From positions 320,001 to 384,000 of the forward strand of contig CAWIAD010000002.1 in assembly GCA_963833985.1 (NCBI GenBank): DNA of 64,000 bases. The letters run 5' to 3'. A model generated the notes under the pieces. It was given only the letters and a program-made list of their open reading frames with translations, was not told the origin of the DNA and searched no databases. The position numbers and the translations under genes were made by a program. Positions 32,784 to 42,457 of the stretch are shown one piece after another. Origin of the DNA: an uncultured Planctomycetaceae bacterium. Its GTDB lineage: Bacteria > Planctomycetota > Planctomycetia > Isosphaerales > Isosphaeraceae. Each line of letters opens with the position of its first letter. Positions within the stretch are counted from its first letter, which is position 1.

Positions 32784-34898
32784 TCATGCCTGGTCCACAT
32801 CCTCCTCGTATTCGAGGTGGACGGGCCGCGCCTCGAACAGTTCCACGACTTTCTGGACCATTGAGTCGCTTGCCAGGATGTCCGGCCCCTGGGGTTGAGA
32901 TACGGCCAGTCCCGGCGCTGCTTGCACCGGCTCCAGGCGATGGTAACGCACGGAAACCGGCCGGCGGAGCAGCCATTGAAGACTCTTCGCGATGCGTTCC
33001 CGAGCCGCTTCAGTACCACAAGAATCCGCCAGGGAATTGTATCCCGGCTTGGCGGCAATGACCAGCACGTCCGGATCCTCGACGCCGATCGCCTCGGCTT
33101 GCGCCAGCCGCACGCTGAGCGGTGATCCCACCTTCTTGACGAGGTCGGGCCATAACTGGCGAACAGCCGCAAGCTCTAGCGGAGGGACCTGCGCCGCCGT
33201 GACAGGCCCGTCTGGCACTCTGGCGGCCACCCGCTCCGCGGTCCCGACCGGGGCCTCCAGGGCGACGTTGAGCGAGCGGGCCGAAGCATCCGCACGGGAC
33301 TCAGGAGGGTCGGACTCCGGCCTGTGTGGCACGCCAGGGGCCGGTTCTCTGGACTCGGATTCCGTCGACTGCACCGCTGTGGCTGGTAGCGAGGCGTGTG
33401 AGGGCGTAGCGGAATGAGCGGGCGGGATCAAAGGTGCGAGACGACCGGGCTCGAGCGACGTCACCTCGTCCGGGAGGCGAGGTTCAGGGGCTATTAGCTT
33501 TTTTTTTATGCCCTCTGCCTCAATCTTGTGCGAAACCGGTGGGCTAGATTCCAGTGCGGCAAGTCGCTTGATCATTTCGCTCAGGTCCGAGAAGTTCTCC
33601 AGCCGCGCAACTCGCACGAGTGCCACTTCCGCAAGCAACCTGGCGTGGGCAACGCCGCGCATCCGGGACCGGGCCTCGGCCAGGATCTGAAGTGAGGCCA
33701 GGATGGCGTCAATGGACCAGCCATCGACGATCTTCTGGAGCCGGGGCTTCTGACGCGGAGTGACTGCCAGCAGAACGGGCTCGGCTCCCACTTTGAGCAC
33801 CATGGCGTCGCGGAGGAAGTCGAGCGTGCCGGCGAGCAGATCCGCCGGCTGCACGCCCGCGCCGGCGGCCTGGTCAAGCAGCGTCAGGACGGCCGCGGGG
33901 TCGCGGTCGGCCATGCGTTCCAGAAGCGCGAGCAGGCGCTCGTCGCTGGGTGTGCCCAGAAGCGCGTGCACCACCTCGACGGTCAGTTCCGGACTGCCCG
34001 AGGCCAGAAGCTGCTCCAGCAGCGACTGGGCGTCGCGCATCGAGCCCCCGGCGCGGCGTGCCACCACCTGCAACGCGTCCGGCTCCGCGGCGACCATCTC
34101 CCTGGCACAGATCTCCTTCAGGCTGGCTACGATCGCCTCGGGGGTGATCCCCGCGAAATCATACCGCTGGCACCGCGACAGCACGGTGATCGGAATGCGG
34201 TTCGCCTCGGTCGTCGCGAAGAAGAACTTGACGTGCGCGGGCGGCTCCTCCAGCGTCTTCAGTAGCGCATTGAAGGCCCCCGTGGAGAGCATATGCACTT
34301 CGTCGATGTAATAGATCTTGAACCGGCCGCGGCTGGGCCGCAGTGCCGCGTTCTGGCGCAGCTCACGCACCTGCTCCACGCCGTTGTTGCTGGCCCCGTC
34401 AATCTCGATCACATCCACATCCTGGCCCGCGGCGATCGCCTGGCAGATATCGCACACCTGGCAAGGAGTCTCGGTCGGACCCTGAATGCAATTGAGACAC
34501 TTGGCGAAGATCCGGGCCATCGACGTCTTGCCGACGCCCCGGGTGCCGCAAAACAGATAGGCCTGAGCGAGCCGGCTCAGTCGGATCGCGTTGCGCAGGG
34601 CCTGCACGACGTGATCCTGCCCCACCACGTCTTCGAATCGCTGAGGGCGATAGCGCCGCGCCACGACCGTGTAGGCAAGTGAGGACGTGGACGTGGATGG
34701 ATCCGGGGCCGCGGTGGGCGCCGCAGCCGCAACCGGCGCGGGAGTCGCCGCGGTCTGGGATGGCAAGGCGACGGCCGGATCAGAAACCGGCGGCGGATTG
34801 GCGGATGCAGCGCTCGACCGCTTTTTCGACCCGGATCCTGGAGCCAAGACAAACGCACTCCGCGTATGGTCGGTTCCTGCTGTGGCCCGGAGTTGCAA
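32784..34898 (-). CDS. dnaX: DNA polymerase III gamma/tau; true start probably TTG near 34844
   Basis: ARRYRP, GTRGVGKT, EIDGASN, IDEVHML, SRCQ, GSMRDA; Pro-rich linker; C-terminal VVELFEA. Confidence 0.96.
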   Translation of the reverse strand: MQLRATAGTDHTRSAFVLAPGSGSKKRSSAASANPPPVSDPAVALPSQTAATPAPVAAAAPTAAPDPSTSTSSLAYTVVARRYRPQRFEDVVGQDHVVQALRNAIRLSRLAQAYLFCGTRGVGKTSMARIFAKCLNCIQGPTETPCQVCDICQAIAAGQDVDVIEIDGASNNGVEQVRELRQNAALRPSRGRFKIYYIDEVHMLSTGAFNALLKTLEEPPAHVKFFFATTEANRIPITVLSRCQRYDFAGITPEAIVASLKEICAREMVAAEPDALQVVARRAGGSMRDAQSLLEQLLASGSPELTVEVVHALLGTPSDERLLALLERMADRDPAAVLTLLDQAAGAGVQPADLLAGTLDFLRDAMVLKVGAEPVLLAVTPRQKPRLQKIVDGWSIDAILASLQILAEARSRMRGVAHARLLAEVALVRVARLENFSDLSEMIKRLAALESSPPVSHKIEAEGIKKKLIAPEPRLPDEVTSLEPGRLAPLIPPAHSATPSHASLPATAVQSTESESREPAPGVPHRPESDPPESRADASARSLNVALEAPVGTAERVAARVPDGPVTAAQVPPLELAAVRQLWPDLVKKVGSPLSVRLAQAEAIGVEDPDVLVIAAKPGYNSLADSCGTEAARERIAKSLQWLLRRPVSVRYHRLEPVQAAPGLAVSQPQGPDILASDSMVQKVVELFEARPVHLEYEEDVDQA

Positions 34899-34971
34899 GC
34901 TACGAAGCTCGAAACGCGAGCCAGACGCCCGGGGAACCCGGTAGCGGGCCGGCTGAGGCGGGGGCCGGGGA

Positions 34972-35076
34972 GAGCCGGGGAGGTTCTCCTGGGCACATGT
35001 GGGTGTTGCTTATGGCTGCTGCGTTCCCGCCCTGACCAGGTTCACAAACCCCCATTGCCCGGGTCCCCCCCGGCTC
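34972..35076 (-). ncRNA. ffs: Signal recognition particle 4.5S RNA
   Basis: Minus strand GAACCTGGTCAGGGCG-GGAA-CGCAGCAGCC helix-8 motif; terminal stem gagccgggg/ccccggctc; lies upstream of dnaX. Confidence 0.93.
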
Positions 35077-35113
35077 ACCGCGACCCCCTGAAGCCGAGCG
35101 CCGCGAAACCGTG

Positions 35114-35142
35114 ATTCTCCAGCGCTCCACCCCGCGATGCAA
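35114..35142 (-). promoter_or_regulatory. Sigma70-type promoter for ffs
   Basis: TTGCAT-17 nt-GAGAAT on the minus strand, about 38 nt before the RNA stem. Confidence 0.55.
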
Positions 35143-35448
35143 GGGCAACTCAAAAAGCCAGGAGCCCCACACGACACAACACGTCGAACGCCAGCACCGA
35201 GGTTATGCCGCATGCCTGCCCAGCGGCCACCGCCGAACTTTGGCAGGACGACTCATGTGGGCACTGCTCAACGGAGTCGGCCTCGAAGAGGTGTCTTCGC
35301 AACAAGCCCACGGGTCACGAAGGACCATGTTATATGCTGGATTGATGGTCCCGGCCGAACAACCGCGCCGGCCAGCCAGATCTGGCACAACCCGCCTGCC
35401 CCGAGATTCACCCCCAGGCCTGCCCCAGGCAAGAACGTGGAGGAAGGG

Positions 35449-35586
35449 ATGACCTCGATTCTCGACATGATGAGCAGTTTCAACCTGATCGACTACAAGT
35501 TCTGGACCGAGATCGCGGCCCTCGTTTTCGTCGTGACCGTCGGCCGCGACGCGTTCATGCAGCAATGGCTGAGCGGCAGCCGCTAG
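35449..35586 (+). CDS. Small 45-aa hypothetical membrane protein
   Basis: ggagg RBS; GC3-rich codons; hydrophobic core FWTEIAALVFVVTV. Confidence 0.5.
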   Translation: MTSILDMMSSFNLIDYKFWTEIAALVFVVTVGRDAFMQQWLSGSR

Positions 35587-35729
35587 GCGGCTTCCCGGAA
35601 CCGGGAAGCTGTGCTGGCCGCCACTCCGGGAAATCGAACATCGTCTCCCGCCGCCGGCCCGATCCCTGGGAGAGACCGAGTTCCACCGATGGGCCGGGCA
35701 TGCGGCGACGAGTCGTTGCCGATCGTGTT

Positions 35730-37220
35730 TCATTGCCCTTTCGCAATCTTGCCGCTCAACAGGGTGAGGACGTCGTCCGAACCCCGGCCGGGATGCCGTT
35801 CTCCCTCATGAGCGCCTCGGTCGCGTCGAGCATCGCCTTGCGGCGGAACACCAGGGTCTCCGAATAATCCTCGGCAAACCGGAAGGTGAGGTACTCGTCC
35901 TGGCAAGCACCCACCAGCTCCACCAGGTGCGCCAGGTTTTTCACCTTCGTTCCGTTCACCTCGCTGAGCACCTGTCCGAACGGGTCGGCATAGCCCTTGG
36001 TCATCCGGGTGCGGAGCAGGGGCGCCGTGACGACGACCAGCTCTTCACCCGGAAACCGCGCCCGGTCGGAACGCCGGGTCGAAAGCGGGCTGTTGCGGCC
36101 TGCCAGGAACGGGTTGTATTCAAAGTAGTAAGTGACGGCCTCATAGACGACGGGAGAGAAGACCAGCGGCCCGCACACGAAGTACGAGGGGTACTTGCCC
36201 TGATACCCGTGCAGCAGCCTGTCCGGCTGACGGCTGACCGGCAAGGCCAGTTCCATCGGCTTGCCCGCGCAGCACCGTCACCGGCACCGTCCCGTTGCTG
36301 GCGAGCCTCGGCACCTGCGACATGAACGATAGCCGCAGGTTGTCCTGAGCCTGGACCATGCCCTCGTTGTCGATCTCGACCTTGCCGATCCGCGTGAGGA
36401 TGTCGAATTCCTTGAGCGGATAGGACGCATCGCGGCTGCTGGGCTCGCGAACCAGCAGCCCGCGCACGGTCCTGGCCAGGCCGAGCTTGCTCCGCAGCGC
36501 CTCGTTTTCCAGGGTCTGGAACTGCTCGAAAATATAAGGCTTGCCATCGTAGCGGCCATCGGCGACGTCGGTCAGAAACCCCTCGATCTCCGGGATGGGG
36601 ATGATGTAGCCGATGTTCTCCGCGCGTCCGGAAACCAGGCCGATCATCTTGCCGTCCACGATGGCCGGCCCGCCGCTGTTGCCGGGGTCGATGGCGGCGT
36701 CGACCTGGATGCGCAGCCCTTCGGCCCCGGTGGAGTACGCCTCGTACTCGATGCGTGCCACCGTTCCCTGCGTGGTCCGGAGCTGCGTGCCGCCCTGGGG
36801 ATAGCCCTGGACCTGCACCCGGGTGGTGATCTCCGGCAGCTTGCCCGCACGGGGGATCGGCGGCCGCTGGGCGAAGAACGTCTCGTCTTCCAGGCTGAGG
36901 ATCGCCAGGTCGATCGCCGGCCCGATGGACACCACCTTGGCCTCGACGCGGTCTCCCCCCTGGCCGCCCTGGACAAAGATCTCATCGGCATACATCACAA
37001 GATGGGCGTTGGTGAGGATGCGGTTTGGTGCGATCACCACCGCGCTGCCCATCAGCTCGACGGGGTTCTGCTTGACCCAGGGCCGCATCGGGTTCGGGAA
37101 ACGTACCTGGCTGAAGAGCTTGACCACGGAATCGGCCGTGCCTGCTACGCAGACGTCCTGGTTTCCGACGAGCGCTGCCAGCAGACCGATGGACACGACG
37201 AGCCTGACGCGTAGGTTCAC
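35730..37220 (-). CDS. HtrA/Deg-like trypsin serine protease with PDZ domains; frameshifts near 36262 and 35790
   Basis: Signal peptide; TNAH, DLAIL, PGNSGGP triad motifs; YFVCGPLVF PDZ-like region in the second frame. Confidence 0.85.
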
Positions 37221-37358
37221 GGAGGTTGCTCCTTGTGACCCGAGTTCTGATTTGACGGAGTGCGGAATTGCCCTCTGATCCTTACGCGACTTGCCGTCAT
37301 ACCTTTCATCGGGCCGGATCGATTCTCGCGCGGCATGGCGTGCCGAGGGTGATCGTGC

Positions 37359-37487
37359 TTACCCCTCCGGCTCCAGGTATTGCGGGACCTCATCCTCGCG
37401 GTACGGCTTGCCGCTTTCGTACAGCGCCAGTCGCGTTTCGTAACCCAGGCGGCGCTGAAGGTCGTCCATGAGGTCGATGGCCGTGCG
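37359..37487 (-). pseudogene. Orphan 3' fragment of a TPR-type protein
   Basis: RTAIDLMDDLQRRLGYETRLALYESGKPYREDE...stop, with no plausible N-terminus; begins right at a repeat junction. Confidence 0.55.
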
Positions 37488-37518
37488 GAACCCAAAGGGG
37501 ACGGAACCCAAACGGAAC
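37487..37518 (-). repeat. Stuttered junction repeat (TTTGGGTTCC x2 around GTCCCC)
   Basis: + strand ggaacccaaaggggacggaacccaaacggaaca. Confidence 0.7.
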
Positions 37519-38048
37519 ATTACTTTTCATCGGAGATTAGCTCTCCGGCATCGCGAGCGAATTCAGCGTTTTCTCTCGGAGTGGGAGAGAAAGCTGCTAA
37601 TTCGCAGGGGAGACGGGGCATGAGCGGGGTGTAAAAGCGTGCTCAGCGGGCATCGAGAGGTGCTCCCGCAACCGATGCAGCAGCGAGAAACGCCTGGTGG
37701 CGAGGTGGGGCCGCCCGAGCGACCGGGGTGGTAGGCACCGAGCTGTGATTGTGCGGTTTTTCGTGGAAACTACTGGATAAACGGCGGCGAGAAATAGTGA
37801 CGACTCTTGGCCACTATGCCTCCCTGGCTCTGCTGCCTGGGACGGAAAGCTTATGCATCCGGCTGGAAGCCCGCGACCCGGCGCAAGGCCGTTTCTATGA
37901 CTACCGAGTCATCGGGAACGCTGAGGGCCACGCATACTCTGTCGTCTGCTCGCCCCGCAGGGACGGATCACTGGCGACGCGTCCCGACATCCCGGATCTT
38001 AAGGTAGCCTCAGTCAATCAACTGACAGACTCTGCGAGAAGACCTTGA

Positions 38049-38648
38049 TTAATTACTCCACTTCGTAGGCGTTTCTCCCGCGTACCCCAGTGGGTCGAGA
38101 AACCCCACATACGTCACCTGATCATTCGCATTGATCGTGAATTGCTCCGAGTAATCGGTGTCCACCGATGTTACAGCGCCATACGTGGCGGTGGACAGAT
38201 ACGGAGAAACTAGAACAGTTACGAGATAGCTGCCACCCGCCTCTGCCTGGACGTTGGTCAGGACACCACTCCAGCCATTGATGACTGAACCGGGCGGGCT
38301 GTTAACAGCCGAGTAGTAATCGAGGCGATCTTGCGGAACCGTCGTATAACTACTCAATACCAAAGCCATCTCCTCGTAGAGGTTTTGTTGGTTCTGGTTG
38401 AGATTAAGCGTCCAGAGAATCGTCACAGGCCAGGATGCAGCTTGGGTGGCGGGCTGCAATCCGCCGGCAACGGGCGCCGTGCTGGCGCCGGGCAAACCTT
38501 TCGTCACAGGACCCGAGCCGAGCGTGGACGATTTGGTCCTGGCTCCCTGCTTCGTCTTGTCTCCCTGCTGCGCGTGCACCACGGCGAGCATAGCGCCGAC
38601 GACACACACGGCTCCCAACGGAACGATCATGGCACGCTTGCTCTTCAT
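38049..38648 (-). CDS. Hypothetical secreted protein, 199 aa
   Basis: Signal peptide ending VHA-Q; N/T/S/Y-rich beta-like body; 15 nt downstream of its partner gene. Confidence 0.75.
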   Translation of the reverse strand: MKSKRAMIVPLGAVCVVGAMLAVVHAQQGDKTKQGARTKSSTLGSGPVTKGLPGASTAPVAGGLQPATQAASWPVTILWTLNLNQNQQNLYEEMALVLSSYTTVPQDRLDYYSAVNSPPGSVINGWSGVLTNVQAEAGGSYLVTVLVSPYLSTATYGAVTSVDTDYSEQFTINANDQVTYVGFLDPLGYAGETPTKWSN

Positions 38649-38663
38649 CGCGGTTTCCCCTGT

Positions 38664-39527
38664 TTATTCGCCAATGGTCCAGGTAACTGTGTTCTGATTT
38701 GTCTTCACGGCGTGATACTTGAACGCCGGCGAAAGGGAGTATGTTTGCACAACCCCACAGGCATCCGGGATTTGCAAGTAGAGCTGCTCGGTTGCCGAGA
38801 GCACTGTCGTGCCGTTTGCTATGGAATTCCAGTGCTGCTGAACGTTCGCGCCACCTCCGACGCTAAAGGACTTAACATCAATGATCGAGTTGCCGGAGCA
38901 ATACAGAAAGCTTGGATCGCCGCTGACTGGTGGACCGTCCGGCGTCGGACCGGTGGGGCCGGTCCTGTTGGTGAGAGTCTCTTTGGGAGTGCCGCCTGCC
39001 ACATTGACCCTTTGTCCTGTACACGTCACGACAAATGGAACTTTGCCCTGTGTAACCATCCCTCCCTGGCACTGTGTCGTAAACGTCGCGGGAGTTCCGT
39101 TCGCGTTGGTTGGCAGTATGATCCCGTCCGGGGGCAGAACCTTGACAGTCGTACTCGCGGTCATGACGCTCGTCGTTACCGTGGGTGGATTGGTCTTATA
39201 GTTAAATACGGAAACTGTCGCCTGACCTTGGACAGTGAAGGTGCCAGGGATGTTCTCGTAATAGGAGACCGTGCCGGATGAACCACTGGCGGCAGTCCAT
39301 GCAGACCAAGCGCTGTTGCAACTCCCCGTTTGTTGCCATCGGAACTGGACGTTACTCAGTTGAGCCTGCCCTGTTCCGGTGTATTTCAGCGAATAGGATT
39401 CAATGTTGAAATAGATGATCGGGGAGGTTGGCCCGACCACGGAGAGTTGAGCATGTGCAACGCCTCCGGGTATCACCAGCGCGAGCAAGAACCCGGGAAC
39501 GAGGCGCGAAATCCACCACTTGAGCAT
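38664..39527 (-). CDS. Hypothetical secreted T/S/G/V-rich protein, 287 aa
   Basis: gaggtg RBS, signal peptide ending AHA-Q, five Cys, few charged residues. Confidence 0.78.
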   Translation of the reverse strand: MLKWWISRLVPGFLLALVIPGGVAHAQLSVVGPTSPIIYFNIESYSLKYTGTGQAQLSNVQFRWQQTGSCNSAWSAWTAASGSSGTVSYYENIPGTFTVQGQATVSVFNYKTNPPTVTTSVMTASTTVKVLPPDGIILPTNANGTPATFTTQCQGGMVTQGKVPFVVTCTGQRVNVAGGTPKETLTNRTGPTGPTPDGPPVSGDPSFLYCSGNSIIDVKSFSVGGGANVQQHWNSIANGTTVLSATEQLYLQIPDACGVVQTYSLSPAFKYHAVKTNQNTVTWTIGE

Positions 39528-40080
39528 GCGAGCACCTCATAGGAGGAGAGGAATGAAGAAGACTCGCCGGAAAGACTTGCTTGAAGAGCGGTCTGGTGAC
39601 CGGCATAGAAGCCAGAGGTTTCGTGCCGCATCTTGGATAGGTTAACTCGTAGAAGGCCCGTGTCGGTTTGCCACGCAGCTCTGTACGGTCACACCTCTTA
39701 CGCCCCGCGTCTTCTGACCCTTATTCTGGACCAGCGCCACAGACATCTTCTTAATTTGGTATCGAGCCGAACTGCCTCTGTCAAGGGAGTGGTCCTTTTT
39801 TTTCCATATTTACATAGGTTGTTATGCAACTTAGATAATATAAAACGTTGATATGATTGGCGCAAGACAGAGTTCACAAAGACAACGGACTGCACGTCAG
39901 CTTCTGGTTTTGGATTCGCGCATTCAGCGCGGAGGTCGCTGGGGCTCTGGCGTGGCGCGAGCGTCCCCGCACCCGAGGCTCGGCGCGCCTTTCACTTCAT
40001 TTGCCATGCACGGGCAGGAATCTCGGGAGGTGCCGCGCGTTGCCCGTCGCTACCGGACCCGCGATCCGTCAGATTCTGGA

Positions 40081-40210
40081 TGGCCCCAATGCTACAATGC
40101 TCCCCCAAATGCTCCCAATGCTCCATGGCCACCAATGCTGCCAATGCTGGCCGACGGTCAGTATGTGGGTGGCCCCAATGCTACCAATGCTCAATGCCAA
40201 TGCTCAATGC
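40081..40210 (+). repeat. Irregular AATGC(T) stutter array
   Basis: 11 copies of AATGC in two blocks, each starting tggccccaatgcta. Confidence 0.9.
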
Positions 40211-40298
40211 GGCACGCGGCTAGAATCGGGGGCTAACTGCGTACTTGTTCGTCTCCTCGTCCAGTTCGTCTCACCAGACCCCTCGACGCGATGTCAAA

Positions 40299-41096
40299 CT
40301 AGCTCTCGTCGGAACCGAAGCCCAGTTCGCGCAGCCTTGCCGCGAGCAAATCCGCCCGTTGCCTCGCCTCTTCGGCACGTTGGTGTGCCTCTGCGGCTTG
40401 CTGGTGTGCCTGCTCTGCCCGTTGCCGTTCCTCGTCCGCCCGGCGATCGGCCGCCTCGGCGCGTTCGGCGCCGGTCGGAATGACGTTGCCTTGCTGATCG
40501 CACCACCGCAGCCATATGTTCTGGGCGTTCTCGAAGGGACCCTGCCAGAGTGTCAGGCCCAGGTTCAGGACCGGCAGCCACTCCGCCGCGCAGGGCACAT
40601 AGCTCTTGTCCCGCAGCACGAAGACACTTAAAGGTTCCTCCTGCACGATCCGGGACGGGTCGTAGATCGCGTAGTAGAGGATGCCAACCTGGGCGTACTT
40701 GAGCATCTTGTCTGTCGTTTCGCCCCCCTCGTTGTTGGAGACGATCTCGATGACGGCCTCGGGCGCCTTGCCAAACTCCCAGAGAAAGTACGAGCGGTTT
40801 TTCTTGAGTCTCAGATCCGCGGCTGCTTCGACGTCAAGGCTGAGCAGTGCATCGGGAACCAGTGGGGGCTGGCGGACGGCGTAAAAGAGGCCGACATTGG
40901 CCAGGGCCAGGAAGTGCCGGCCCGGTTTCCAGGAACTGTAGAGCGGCTCGGTCAGCAGGCGCTGCTGCTTCTCGGAGTAAATATTGTCCACAGGGGTGTC
41001 GTCCTCTGTGACCAGCTCGTCGACACAGGGAATCAGCTCCGGCGGCAACTCCGCCGCGACGGGTTGAGCAGTACCGGGCGCATTCACAGCAGCCAT
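40299..41096 (-). CDS. Uma2 family protein with C-terminal coiled coil
   Basis: VTEDDTPVDN, PDALLS, IEIVS, YAIYDP, WLRWCD, RA/EQ-rich tail. Confidence 0.88.
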   Translation of the reverse strand: MAAVNAPGTAQPVAAELPPELIPCVDELVTEDDTPVDNIYSEKQQRLLTEPLYSSWKPGRHFLALANVGLFYAVRQPPLVPDALLSLDVEAAADLRLKKNRSYFLWEFGKAPEAVIEIVSNNEGGETTDKMLKYAQVGILYYAIYDPSRIVQEEPLSVFVLRDKSYVPCAAEWLPVLNLGLTLWQGPFENAQNIWLRWCDQQGNVIPTGAERAEAADRRADEERQRAEQAHQQAAEAHQRAEEARQRADLLAARLRELGFGSDES

Positions 41097-41514
41097 CAGT
41101 GAACTCCGGTTCGATCGACGCGACCAACCTCAGTGCAGCCTTCCAGCGCGACCGGTGCGTCACGGTTCACCGGTGTCAGGCCGGTAGCCTGGTCGGTACC
41201 GCCATTGTAACACGGCCTCGGCCTCACGAGCCCAGCAAACGGTGAGGCTCCGGACCGGCCGGGCGAGCTCATGCAGGTCGCTCGGGAATCCGCGGAAAGC
41301 CGCAGGATCGCCGGTGTTTCCGCCGTAGACTGAATAGGACGGTGCAGTGCGGAGGCTCCTTGACAATGCGGCGGATGGTAGGGACCAGCGCACGGCCCGG
41401 CGACGCGCTGGCTCCACTCTTTTGCAGACCAGATGGCCCGGTCCGCCGGACGGTTTGAATGCAAAACTCAGGGACCGAAGCGTATCGTCCCACAATGGCC
41501 ATGGCGCGCCGACC

Positions 41515-41544
41515 GTAGAGTGGGTCAGCGTAGCGCAACCCACC
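41515..41544 (+). repeat. GTAG-type REP-like palindrome
   Basis: GTAG followed by agtgggt-cagcgtagcgca-acccacc. Confidence 0.6.
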
Positions 41545-42020
41545 GGCTGGCAGGGCCTTGCGTGCGCCGAACCGCCGAACCGCACACGCCGTCCTGGGAG
41601 GATGCCGAACAAAGCCATTGAAAAAACGAAAAAACGATATATAACTCGCACGCACGATAGGAGTAGCGTCCGATGGCTTCGGTCGTATGGACCCGAGAAC
41701 GAACCCATTTTTCCCCTGCCTGAGAGGAGACGCGCGACACGGCTAGGTGGGCCAGAGGGAAGGGCGCGAACGCCGGGGCCAGCCGCGCCGGGCGAACCTG
41801 GGGCATGAAGCCGGGAAGGCGTGCTTCTCACTCAGAGAACCTGGAACGAACCCAACCGCAAATGGAACTGCAAGTCCATGACAAGCAAGGATTAATGGCC
41901 AGAAAGTACAATCGGGTGGGACCGAAATCGAAGCCAATTCGCCAGCGGTCCGAGGACGTGCGACTGACGGTCCCGATGGAGATCATCAAAGGGAAGACAG
42001 GGACGAAGACGCCGTGGCAG

Positions 42021-42065
42021 AGAACCCAGGGGACAAGAACCCAGGGGACAAGAACCCAGGGGACA
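42021..42065 (-). repeat. Perfect 15-bp tandem repeat x3
   Basis: agaacccaggggaca three times (minus strand TGTCCCCTGGGTTCT). Confidence 0.95.
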
Positions 42066-42118
42066 TCGCTGCTCTCCGGCGCCAACTGGGCAGGCTGGGA
42101 TAGCCGCCGTGATCATGC

Positions 42119-42250
42119 TTACTGTTCCTGCCTGGCTCGGGGCTGTCGTCCCCGCGGTCGGAAGCTGAACTCCAGCCCCAGGCAGCCGGCGGTCCAGGCG
42201 CTTCAGGCGTCCGTTCCGTAGGGCCGGTCCCGTCGCACCGAAAGTCGAAT
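42119..42250 (-). pseudogene. C-terminal remnant of a REP-associated (Y1/RAYT-like) transposase
   Basis: IRLSVRRDRPYGTDA*SAWTAGCLGLEFSFRPRGRQPR resembles the RP(F/Y)G...W....LGL....RPRGRP tail of these enzymes; TGA sits at the usual Trp position. Confidence 0.6.
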
Positions 42251-42457
42251 GGTCGACGCCGCCGGCCCCTCAAGTGGAGAGGACTGCGGCTCCGCGAGCA
42301 GAGCACGGAACAACGCCAGCTCTTCACGGGCGCGGTCAATCCTGGACCGGCAGTCCGCACAACCCTCGGCGTGCGCGGCGAGCTCGGCCGGGACCGCGTC
42401 TTCCATCGCCAGGCGGAGCAGCTCGGCCTCTTCAGGACAGGTCTGGCTCGAAGGCAT
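42251..42457 (-). pseudogene. Truncated N-terminus of an ECF-associated Ser/Thr kinase (zinc-finger leader)
   Basis: CPEEAELL..HAEGCADC (HxxxCxxC); overlaps the ECF stop; no kinase domain follows. Confidence 0.6.

Noticed and set aside
35077..35450. tRNA near ffs
   Set aside because: No T-loop GTTCGA/cloverleaf pattern seen.
37749..38048. 99-aa plus-strand ORF
   Set aside because: No recognisable motif or start signal; left uncalled.
40081..42065. Repeat tracts as CRISPR arrays
   Set aside because: Units are 5-15 bp with no unique 25-45 nt spacers, and there are no cas genes in the window.
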